DNA of 64,000 nt from the NCBI GenBank assembly GCA_963835065.1, contig CAWIEK010000003.1, positions 163,449 to 227,448 of the forward strand. The letters are read 5' to 3'. Under the pieces are notes generated by a model. It was not told where the DNA came from, made no database searches, and saw only the letters and a program-made list of their open reading frames with translations. The position numbers and the translations under genes are program-made. Each line of letters begins with the position of its first letter. The first letter of the stretch is position 1. Below are positions 10,443 to 19,676 of this stretch, one piece after another. This stretch comes from an uncultured Chthonomonadaceae bacterium. Lineage in GTDB: Bacteria > Armatimonadota > Chthonomonadetes > Chthonomonadales > Chthonomonadaceae.

Positions 10443-11133
10443 AAACATTTGAACCGCAAAGGGGCAAAAGAGAGCAAAGAAAAGCAAAGAACGAAGAAAC
10501 AGAAGAACAGGCATGGTAAAGGAGAATGGCGATAATTCCGCTCTACATTCCCACAGGTCCACCGACCTCTTCTTTGTCTTTGTCTTTTCTTTGCCTCCTT
10601 TGCCCCTTTGCGGTTCACGTTTTCGCTGTGTACACGACGCGGTTGATGCCTGATTTCAGGATGGTGACATTGAAGTTGATGAGCAGGCCGAGAGGAAGTT
10701 TGGTGGCTTTCAAGTACGACATCAACTGCGCGGTGTGTATGGGCAGCAGGGTTTCCACGGCTTTCAATTCCACGATCAGGCACTCATCCACGAGCAGATC
10801 AAGCCGCCCCTCGCCTACCTCAACACCTTTGTAGGCTACGCCAACAGGAGCCTGCCGCGCAACCGGAATGCCACGCAGTTGACACTCACGCTCAAGCGCG
10901 TATTCGTACACGCTTTCCAGATAGCCGGGGCCAAGCAATTTATGAACTTCAATCGCCGCTCCGATAACCTCGTGTGAAAGCGCATTGATTTCGTCAGAAG
11001 GTTCCTGCATATTCTTCTCCATGTGTATACTGTTGTTCTCTGCGACTGCGGAACGTAACTCGCCGTGTCTATTCTGCTTTTCTCTTCGTATTTCCTTTGC
11101 TCCCTTTGCCTCTTTGCGGTTCAAATGTTTTTT
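10441..11133. mobile_element. GxxExxY cassette bounded by AAAAACATTTGAACCGCAAAG-(GCAAAG)n inverted arms, with a third internal arm
   Basis: Arms at 10441-10489 (+), 10585-10623 (-) and 11091-11133 (-); the outer two share 21 identical nt; mobility is inferred. Confidence 0.6.
10615..11010 (-). CDS. GxxExxY protein (PD-(D/E)xK nuclease superfamily)
   Basis: AIEVHKLLGPGYLESVYE and RLDLLVDECLIVELKA..AQLMSYLK..GLLINF; GGAG before ATG at 11010. Confidence 0.92.
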   Translation of the reverse strand: MQEPSDEINALSHEVIGAAIEVHKLLGPGYLESVYEYALERECQLRGIPVARQAPVGVAYKGVEVGEGRLDLLVDECLIVELKAVETLLPIHTAQLMSYLKATKLPLGLLINFNVTILKSGINRVVYTAKT

Positions 11134-11215
11134 GCAGGAGGGGTTTTCGCGCGGGATGTCGAATAAACGTTTGCGGTGACTTCCCGCGCCAACATTTTCT
11201 TTCAGGACAATTGCC

Positions 11216-12523
11216 ATGCTGCGTTTTCAGCGTTTGATTTTGTGCTTGCTTGTACTTTGCGGTGTTCACCTGTGCGGTGCGGTACGCGCCGAGGATAAGG
11301 GATTTGTCAAGATTTTTGACGGAACCACGCTTAACGGCTGGACGCTCGTGGGCGGTTCGGGGCCGGGGTACGTGCCGCAGAACGGCATACTGGATTGTCC
11401 CGCCGATGGCGGCGGCAACCTGTTCACCGTGAAAGAGTACAGCGACTTCGTGTTTCGCTTTGAGTTCAAACTGTTCGCCAACAGCAACAACGGCATCGGC
11501 ATCCGCGCCCCGCTGGAAGGCGACGCGGCGTACATGGGGATGGAGTGCCAGGTGTTGGACGACAGCGGCTCCATGTACACGAACCTGCTGCCCGGCCAGT
11601 ACCACAGTTCCCTGTACAAGATCGTTCCCGCCAAACGGGGTTCGCTCAAGCCCGTCGGGGAATGGAACAAAGAAGAAATTACGGCTATGGGGCGGCACAT
11701 CAAAGTGGTCGTCAACGGCAAAGTGACCGTAGACGCGAACCTCAACGATATTACCGACCCCGCCATTCTTGCCGAACATCCGGGGATGCTGCGAGACCGG
11801 GGGCACGTCGGCTTTTTGGGGCACGGGCCGAGCGAAGTGCAGTTTCGCAACGTTTTTATTAAAGACATGGGCAAGCCAGAGCGCGACAACACGCCGCCGA
11901 TGGGATTCACGGCTCTGTTCAATGGCAAGGATTTGAAGGGCTGGAAGGGACTGGTGGCCGATCCGCCGCATCGCGCCCTGATGAAGCCGGAAGAGTTAAA
12001 GGCCGCCGAGGAAAAGGCGACAACGGAAGCCTTGAAGCACTGGAAAGCCCTGAACGGCGAAATCGTATACGACGGTAAAAATAACAGCCTTTGCACCGTA
12101 AAAGACTATGGCGACTTTGAAATGCTGGTAGACTGGAAGATACCGCCGCGCGGCGACAGCGGCATTTATCTGCGCGGCAGCCCGCAGGTGCAGATTTGGG
12201 ACCCGGTCAATCATCCCGGCAGGCCGAATGAAGGCTCCGGCGGGCTGTACAACAACATCAAAAATCCGAGCGGGCCGACACACACGGCGGACAATCCCAT
12301 CGGCGAATGGAACCGCTTCCGCATTTTAATGGTGGGCGACAAAGTGACCGTTTATTTGAACAATCAGCTTGTGGTTCAAAACGTCACGATGGAAAACTAC
12401 TGGGAGCGCGACAAGCCCATTTATCCTACGGGGCAGATCGAACTCCAGCATCACGGCGACTCGCTTTACTTCAAGAACATCTATATACGTGAGTTGAAGA
12501 CAGGCGCGAAGCAGCAGCAGTGA
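11216..12523 (+). CDS. Secreted tandem DUF1080 (3-keto-glycoside hydrolase-like) protein
   Basis: Signal peptide; two domains starting IFDGTTLNGW and LFNGKDLKGW and ending FRNVFIK and FKNIYIREL. Confidence 0.9.
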   Translation: MLRFQRLILCLLVLCGVHLCGAVRAEDKGFVKIFDGTTLNGWTLVGGSGPGYVPQNGILDCPADGGGNLFTVKEYSDFVFRFEFKLFANSNNGIGIRAPLEGDAAYMGMECQVLDDSGSMYTNLLPGQYHSSLYKIVPAKRGSLKPVGEWNKEEITAMGRHIKVVVNGKVTVDANLNDITDPAILAEHPGMLRDRGHVGFLGHGPSEVQFRNVFIKDMGKPERDNTPPMGFTALFNGKDLKGWKGLVADPPHRALMKPEELKAAEEKATTEALKHWKALNGEIVYDGKNNSLCTVKDYGDFEMLVDWKIPPRGDSGIYLRGSPQVQIWDPVNHPGRPNEGSGGLYNNIKNPSGPTHTADNPIGEWNRFRILMVGDKVTVYLNNQLVVQNVTMENYWERDKPIYPTGQIELQHHGDSLYFKNIYIRELKTGAKQQQ

Positions 12524-12531
12524 GGTTTGCA

Positions 12532-15394
12532 ATGGTAACACCGGACGCGCGTATCGCCCCCGCCGGCGACGTGACCCTGATGTTCACGGATATTGAAGGC
12601 TCCACGCGGGGTTGGGCCACTTATGAGGGGCGTTTTCATGCCGCGTTGCTGCGCCACAACGAACTGCTCCGGCAGGCCATCGCCCTGCACGACGGCTATG
12701 AAGTAAAGACCATCGGCGACGCCTTTATGGTGGCCTTTGCCACGCCGCTTTCCGCCGCCCTGTGCGCTTTGGAAATCGAACGGCTGATTGAAGCCGAGCC
12801 GTTTACGGAAGTGAACGGCCTGCGCGTTCGCATCGGGCTGCATACGGGCGACATACAGCCGAGCGGCGGCGATTACTTCGGCAACCCCGTCAACCGAACC
12901 GCCCGCATCGAAGCCGCCGCGCACGGCGGCATGATCTTGATGTCGGAAGACACGGCGGAACGCCTGACAGCCGATTTGCCGGAGGGAGCCGCCCTCATAG
13001 ATCACGGCTTCCACCGGCTCAAAGATTTGGGCGCTCCGCTCAAACTGTTCGGGCTGACCCATGTGGACCTGCCCGTCCGCGAATACCCTCGAACTCAACA
13101 CCCTCGTTCCTGAAATGCACAATTTCCCGGCGGAACTGACCAGTTTCGTCGGACGCGAACGCGAAATCAAAGAATTGACCGAGATGCTGGTGGAAGGCAA
13201 GCGGCGGCTGATTACCCTCACCGGGCCGGGCGGAACGGGCAAAACGCGGCTGTCGCTGCAAGTGGCGGCGGAGTGTTCGCAGCACTTCAAGAATGGCCTG
13301 TGGCTGGTGGAACTGGCGGGCGTGTCGCGGGCGCAGGACGTGCCCGCGGCCGTTGCCATTGCGCTCGGTATCCCCCTGTCCACAGATGGCGATGTGAAAA
13401 CGCAGGTGTTCGCGCACCTGAAAACCCGCGCGTGCCTGCTGGTTCTGGACAATTTCGAGCAGGTGATAGACGCGGCCCGTTTTGTAAATGATTTAATGAA
13501 GCAGTGCGCGAATGTTTCCGTTCTTGTCTCGTCGCGGGAACTGCTGCAAATCGCGGGCGAACAGGACTATCCCTTAGAGCCGCTCGGCCTGCCCCCGGAC
13601 AGCGTGACCGTAAAAACGTGGCAGCAGTATGCCAGCCTGCGCCTGTTCGTGGAGCGCTGCATGGCCGCGCGTCCCGCGTTCACCGTTACGGAAGACAATT
13701 TAGGGGATGTGGTCACGATTTGCCGCCGGGTGGACGGCCTGCCCCTTGCGATGGAACTGACGGCGGCCTTGTCACGGGGCATGACGCCGCAGCAGATCGT
13801 GCCCCGCTTGCAGGACAGATTGCGCCTGCTCGCCTCATCGCGCCGGGATCTGGAACCCCGTCAGCGCTCCATACGCGGCGCGATTGACTGGAGCTACGAC
13901 CTGCTCACGGAAGACGAGCGCGTCCTATTCGCGGAATTGTCCGTGTTCGTGGGCGGGTTCAGTCCCGAAGCAGTGGAAGCCGTGTGCGAAACCCCGATGG
14001 CATTTGATCTCATTTTCACGCTGCGGGACAAGTCGCTGGTGAAAAGCGTGGAAGTGGACGGCGAAATGCGCTATTCCATGCTGGAAACCCTGCGGGAATA
14101 CGCCAAAGAAAAGCGCGAAGCCGAAAACATCAGCCCCGACCTCTGCGCCCGCCACGCCGCATATTATCTGGAACTGGCGCAGGACGGCAGCGCGCAATTG
14201 AACGGACCGGAAGCGGCCGCCGCGCAAAAGCGCCTGCAGTTTGACATTGACAACATGCGCGCAGGTATGGATTGGGCGGCGGAACAGGACGATTGCGAAC
14301 TTGTTTCCGGTTATGGCCGCGCCCTGGCGCGTTTCTTTATTACGCGGGGTTTATACGAAGAAGGAGATCAGCGGCTGGCTACGGCGGAAGAGGCATGCCG
14401 TCAGGGCGGCGATCAACAATCTCTGGCGCTTCTTCTGCTGCAGCGCGGACGCATCGCTGATCAGCGGACACATTTAGAAGCGGCCCGCGCGTTTTATCAG
14501 GCAAGTTATGACATCAGCAAAGAAATTGGAGATACGAAACGCCTGGTTGCGCCAATGGTGAATTTAGGCAACATCGCGTATGCGCGTAACGATTACCTTC
14601 TGGCCGAAAGCACCTGGGAAGAGGGCCTTCGCCTGGCGCGAGAAACACAACAGCCGCGCTATGAAGCCATAATGCTGGCTAGTCTGGGCATCCTTGTCAT
14701 GGATAGAGGCGATTTTGAAGCTGCGACCCGTTATTACGAGCAGGCTTTGAATATTCACCGCAAGGCCAAAGACAACCGGTTGACGGCTTATGCGCTAATG
14801 CACATTGGGGAAGCCTTGCAGGGACAGGAGCGATACGTGGAGGCTATCGCAAACGCGCAGGAAAGCCATAACCTGTTCCTGGAACTTGGATCGCGTATGG
14901 AAATCGCCGTTACTGCCATTCACCTGGGACAAAACTTTCTGGAAATCGGCGATCTGCACAACGCGGCGCGGCACATTGATATAGGTTTAGCAACCGCGCG
15001 TGAAATCAAGGACACGCGCGTCGAAATGTACGGGTTGATGGCGCAGGGCTGCCTGTTTCTGAAACAAAATGATCCCCGTCAGGCGCTTTCCTGCCTGCGC
15101 CAATCGCTGCGCCTTGCGCACCGGATCGAAGACCACAAGCAAACCGTCCAGATTTTGTACCATGCGGGGCTGTGCTTGCAATTGCAGGAGCAGTGGAAAG
15201 CGGCGTATCGGATTTTTGCGGTTGCGCTGCGGGAACACCGGGCGCGCAACCTGTGGGGCGGCCACCTGCTTGAACCCGTGATGCAGCAGTTGCGAATCGT
15301 GCTGAATGCGGCTGCCGTACAGTCGCTCGAAGAGCAGGCGGAAACCTGCGAGATTGTGTCCCTGCTCGATATATTTGAGCCGAGTTCCCCGTAA
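12532..15394 (+). CDS. Class III nucleotidyl cyclase-STAND ATPase-TPR protein, split by a +1 frameshift at about 13092
   Basis: MFTDIEGST, VKTIGDAFM, DYFGNPVNRTAR; second frame gives HNFPAELTSFVGRERE, GPGGTGKT, LLVLDNFE, GLPLA, then TPRs. Confidence 0.85.
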
Positions 15395-15553
15395 AACAAC
15401 GGTTTTTTCTTTTTTTGCGCTAAAACAAGGAAAACGTCATACTTGGCACGAATTATGCAATCTATTAAGTTGATACATGGCTTCCGCCCTTTTGCGGCAC
15501 AAACTGTACCCAACCTTCTTCGCGTTCTCAATCCTTTGCCAATGGAGTCTCTG

Positions 15554-16249
15554 ATGAAACCACTGTTTTTGCCGCTGCTCTTATCCGCGCTTGGCCTCGC
15601 GCTTTTTGCCGCTCCCTCCCGGGCGCAGACGGGACAGGGAACCGGCCCGCCGCCTTTGGGAACGCCCGTAATGGCGACATTCACGATTCCCGCCAACACC
15701 GATCCCGATTCGGTTACGTTTACCTCCACCGGGCAGACGTTTGTCATCACGGATCAGACCAACCCGATTACGGGGCAGTTGTTGACACCCGGCTTCCTCG
15801 GTGGCGGCGGCGGTTTGGACATCTTCGCCGCTGTGCCCGGCCCTCCCGGCGGCGCGATTACGACCATACCGATTGTGGAAGTGGATTTCTTCACAACCTA
15901 CACCGGCCCCATTTCACTGACAAGTCTCTCCGGCTTTTCCGCCTTCGATCCCTGGTTTGCGGAGACGTTGAATCCTCCCGTCGGGCAGGGCTTTCGCTTC
16001 TACAAAACGCTGTCCACGCAGGCCAACATCAACACCACCAACCCCGGTTTCGATCCGACTGAGTACGCTTTTTTCACCCTCACGCCCGCTGTGAATGACC
16101 CCACCTTTTTGACTTCTTTGTTCACTATCACCGGCTACACGACGGTTCAGAACACGCCGGAACCGGGCACATGCGCCCTGTTTGGGGGGCTTGTCGTTGC
16201 CGGGGGAATGGCCTGGCGTCGCCGTCGCCGCGCCACTCTTGCTGTGTAA
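15554..16249 (+). CDS. PEP-CTERM sorting-domain surface protein
   Basis: Signal peptide; C-terminal TPEPGTCALFGGLVVAGGMAWRRRRR. Confidence 0.88.
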   Translation: MKPLFLPLLLSALGLALFAAPSRAQTGQGTGPPPLGTPVMATFTIPANTDPDSVTFTSTGQTFVITDQTNPITGQLLTPGFLGGGGGLDIFAAVPGPPGGAITTIPIVEVDFFTTYTGPISLTSLSGFSAFDPWFAETLNPPVGQGFRFYKTLSTQANINTTNPGFDPTEYAFFTLTPAVNDPTFLTSLFTITGYTTVQNTPEPGTCALFGGLVVAGGMAWRRRRRATLAV

Positions 16250-16300
16250 CCTCACCCCAACCCCTCTCCTGGCCGCTCGTTCCTCGCTAGGAGAGGGGTT
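16249..16300. repeat. REP-like hairpin between convergent genes
   Basis: cctcaccccaacccctctcct...aggagaggggtt. Confidence 0.7.
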
Positions 16301-16324
16301 ACTGTTTTCTCACCTGTGTAAACG

Positions 16325-16504
16325 TTACTGTTCGCCGCGCTTCTTGTGTTCGGCGATGAGGGCTTTTTGCTGAGGCGTCATGGCGCTGTTCATTTCGTCG
16401 CCGGGTTTGTCGCCCACCTGTTTGGCCTGGCAGCCGACAAACGAAAACGCGCAAAGCAGGCATAGCAGCAGAAACGAGGCGTTGCGGAATATCAAATTTC
16501 TCAT
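16325..16504 (-). CDS. Small lipoprotein downstream of the prepilin-like gene
   Basis: GGAG RBS; MRNLIFRNASFLLLCLLCAFSFVGC lipobox. Confidence 0.65.
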   Translation of the reverse strand: MRNLIFRNASFLLLCLLCAFSFVGCQAKQVGDKPGDEMNSAMTPQQKALIAEHKKRGEQ

Positions 16505-16590
16505 GGCTAACTCCAAAATAAAATTGCGGCACAGACGCGACAATGCCATGCAAGAGAATTATACTTGCATGGCATTTGTCACGTTATGGT

Positions 16591-17472
16591 TTACGGGGTT
16601 TCCGTCCATGCGCCGGAATAGAACTCGTGTACGGCCTGCTGACAGGATTCGGTTGCGGACGAAATCGGGTAGCCGCTGACGCCGCCGAGCGCGGCATAGT
16701 CGGAAGGCGCGTTGGGATCGTAGCACCATTTCAGCGCGTTGACTTCGCTTGATGGGCGGGCGGTCAGGCCGAAGCCTGCGTACTGACCGGCCTGCATCTT
16801 GATGATTTTGGCGTGTCCATCCACAAAGGCGTAGTTCAAATTCGTCATGTGGCGAATGGAGCCGGTGTTTTTGGGGCCATCCGCGCCGCTGATGATGTTG
16901 TCCATAGCAATCGAGTAACCGGGCGTATCGTAGGTATCGCCGAACGCCACGCAATCCGTCGGCGTGGTAATGGCGGCAATGGAGCGTCCAGGGCGGGAAC
17001 CGTCGGGCATTTGCAGGGTCAGGCCATAGCCGCTGTCGCTGATCCAGCCGTCGTTGTAGCCGTAGCCTTGCAGCCGAGTGCCGAGGGCGGCAGGATAGTT
17101 TTGCGGCTTGGACGCAGCCGAAGCCGCGCTCGCGTTCAGGCTGCGGTCGGGGCAAACCATCAATTGCCAGTTTTTTACGTAAGGCTGGATCAGGTTGAAC
17201 CAGTAGCCACCCGACACGTATTTGCCAGTCGCATCTTTAATCACGGGCGAGTTCTGAAGCGGCGTGGTTTCGTCGAAGTCCTGCGTGTACATGGCATACG
17301 CGAGGCTGGACTGCTTCAGATTGCTCAGGCAGGAAATGGCGCGGGCTTTTTCGCGCGCTTGGGCGAAAACGGGAAATAGAATCGCCGCTAGAATGGCGAT
17401 GATAGCAATCACGACGAGCAATTCTATAAGCGTGAACGCATGAGCGCGCGTTCGCAATCCGGTACGGGGCAT
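16591..17472 (-). CDS. Prepilin-type N-terminal cleavage/methylation protein with C-terminal H-X9-DG motif (DUF1559-like)
   Basis: [65 protein letters not shown]. Confidence 0.92.
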   Translation of the reverse strand: MPRTGLRTRAHAFTLIELLVVIAIIAILAAILFPVFAQAREKARAISCLSNLKQSSLAYAMYTQDFDETTPLQNSPVIKDATGKYVSGGYWFNLIQPYVKNWQLMVCPDRSLNASAASAASKPQNYPAALGTRLQGYGYNDGWISDSGYGLTLQMPDGSRPGRSIAAITTPTDCVAFGDTYDTPGYSIAMDNIISGADGPKNTGSIRHMTNLNYAFVDGHAKIIKMQAGQYAGFGLTARPSSEVNALKWCYDPNAPSDYAALGGVSGYPISSATESCQQAVHEFYSGAWTETP

Positions 17473-17631
17473 GAAGGTATCTCCTTTGAAAACAAATGAA
17501 AACAAAGCGCGACGCCAGGCAAAGCGCAGCGTGTTCGTCACTCTCCTTTATTCTAGTCTATGCCGCATTAAGGACGTGTTAAATTTTCACGGCCATTGTT
17601 AAGGGAAGGTACATGAGAAAGAAAGGGTACA

Positions 17632-17660
17632 TTGACAGAACGCGGCAACGACTGTATAAT
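17632..17660 (+). promoter_or_regulatory. Perfect-consensus sigma70 promoter
   Basis: TTGACA-17 nt-TATAAT. Confidence 0.8.
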
Positions 17661-17727
17661 GCGGTCAGGCGTTGGCATCCGCGCCCTTTTCACCACCTTT
17701 ATTTTAGCGATCATCAGGAGACGCGCA

Positions 17728-18888
17728 ATGGCGATTATGACGGGTTTATCAGGCAACGAAATGTTCTGCCTGCACAAAAAGGGGCTGTCGCCCGGTGATC
17801 TGGTCATCGGCAACAGCGTGTACTCGATAGGCTTCATCGGCAGCGTTGGTTCGGGGCTGAAAACCATGACCGGCGGGGAAGTGACGCAGATCACGAGCAT
17901 CATTCACGACGGGCGGCAGAGTTCGTACAACCGGATGGTGGCGGAAGCGGAGCGGCATGGCGGCATCGGCATCACGGGCGTAAGCAGTGAACTGGTGCAG
18001 CAAATGGGAAATGTGGAATTCCTGTCGGTCGGGTCGTGCGTCCATCAGGAAGGGGCGAAATCGGAGCGGCTTGGGTTTTCTTCGAGCGCGGACGGGCAGG
18101 AATTGTACTGCCAGATAGATTCCGGCTTTCGGCCAATCAAGTTCGTGTTCGGGAACGTGGCGTACTCCATCGGCATCGGCGGCGGCATCGGCGGCATGTT
18201 CAAGAGCCTGCAGCGGGGCGAAGTGCCGCAGTATTCGCAGGTGTTCAATGAAACGCGGCATTTGGCCCTGCTGCGCATCGCGGAAGAAGCGCGTAACGCG
18301 GGCGGCAACAGCGTGATCGGGATACAAACATCCATTATTCCGTTCAAGGGGATGCAGGAAATGGTGATGATCGGCACGGCCTCACACCATCCGGCCCTGC
18401 CGCCGGAGTACGCGCAGCGCCCCATCACAAGTGACCTGACGAACGAGGAGATGTGGAATCTGGTTCACATGGGCTACATGCCGATCCAACTGGTATTGGG
18501 CGTGTCGGTCTATTCGCTCGGCTTTGTGGGCGGGATCACGGCGGCGTTCAAGTCGTTGGGCCGGGGCGAAATCAACGAACTGACGACCCTGATTTACGAG
18601 GCGCGGGAAAACGCCATTGCCCGCATCGCCGCCGATGCAACGGCCTGTGGCGCGGATGACGTGGTGGGCATCAAGACCAACGTGTACCAGTTAGGCGGCG
18701 GCCTGATCGAGTTCATGGCAATCGGCACGGCAGTGAAGCGCATCCCCGGCCTGACAACCGTTACGGATCAGCTTCCGCCGCAAGCCATCATCCGCGACAA
18801 GGACACGTTCGTCAACACGGCGGAAACCGCATTGGGAACCAACCTCAATCAGCAAACCGGCCGCACCTCCGGCGGAACCGGGGATTAG
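17728..18888 (+). CDS. Protein with three tandem YbjQ/DUF74 (putative heavy-metal-binding) domains
   Basis: Three repeats of GE(V/I)..(T/S)...R..A..R..(E/D)A...G...V.G(V/I); AGGAG RBS. Confidence 0.8.
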   Translation: MAIMTGLSGNEMFCLHKKGLSPGDLVIGNSVYSIGFIGSVGSGLKTMTGGEVTQITSIIHDGRQSSYNRMVAEAERHGGIGITGVSSELVQQMGNVEFLSVGSCVHQEGAKSERLGFSSSADGQELYCQIDSGFRPIKFVFGNVAYSIGIGGGIGGMFKSLQRGEVPQYSQVFNETRHLALLRIAEEARNAGGNSVIGIQTSIIPFKGMQEMVMIGTASHHPALPPEYAQRPITSDLTNEEMWNLVHMGYMPIQLVLGVSVYSLGFVGGITAAFKSLGRGEINELTTLIYEARENAIARIAADATACGADDVVGIKTNVYQLGGGLIEFMAIGTAVKRIPGLTTVTDQLPPQAIIRDKDTFVNTAETALGTNLNQQTGRTSGGTGD

Positions 18889-18959
18889 CCGCACATCGGG
18901 ATGGTGGAAACACTTGCCTGCATCCAAAGCAAAGACAGGCAAGTGTTTCCATTTGTTGA

Positions 18960-19255
18960 CGCTGCTGCTTGCCACAAAGCAGCCGAAGCCGTCCATCATC
19001 AGCGTTCCTGTCACTGGCTGGCTGCTGTTTGTCACCGTTCGCTCGCTGCCAAGTCCATCAAAGAGCGGCGTTTCTCCATCCTTCCTGACAAGTTCGTTGC
19101 CATACGTGTATGTGGCTGTGGTTGTGCCGCTCTGCTTTTCCAGCAGCACTTGCCCGCCATCGTACAGGAAGTTCGTGGTTGTGCCGCCTGCTGTTCGGCT
19201 GGTTCTTCGGCCTGCCGCATCGTAAGTGAAACTCACGACATTGCTGCCCTGCGGG
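18960..19255 (-). pseudogene. Rhs/YD-repeat core fragment
   Basis: SFTYDAAGRRTSRTAGGTTTNFLYDGGQVLLEK..ATYTYGNEL..LFDGLGSERTVT; no proper start and no core end or toxin tip. Confidence 0.75.
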
Positions 19256-19576
19256 ATCATGAAGGCGATTATAAGCTACTTCCATGACTTCCAACATTTG
19301 TATCTTCTGGGTGTCTGTCAATCTTTGCCACTCACTCTGAAAAAAGAAGAAAACCTTATAGGGAAATTCATCATTACTATAAAAACGGACGTCATAAATC
19401 AATTCCTCTATGCGATTGTAAATATCATCATGGAGCATATCAAAGCCTGATATGTCGCCTTGATTGAAAGCAAAACTTGCTTCTTCAGACAGCCACTCTT
19501 GTAGGTAAGTCCATTCGTTTTCGCGTAGCCCATGAGAGATTGCCTCATCAAGGCTTTCTACTTGTTCGTTGTTCAT
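19250..19576 (-). pseudogene. Low-GC helical ORF, possibly a truncated immunity protein, joined out of frame to the Rhs fragment
   Basis: AAGGAAG RBS, AT-rich codons, abrupt change after YNRLHDP. Confidence 0.45.
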
Positions 19577-19676
19577 AGTTGCTTCCTTTGTTGAGCTGAT
19601 GGCTCACTTACTAATGGGCAAACTAAGTAGACCGAAGGCTAAACTTCGTAGAAATTCAATCTCGAAACCTACGAAC

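Noticed and set aside
13080..13113. Programmed frameshift between the cyclase and STAND domains
   Set aside because: No slippery heptamer is visible, and the same +1 pattern recurs in unrelated genes
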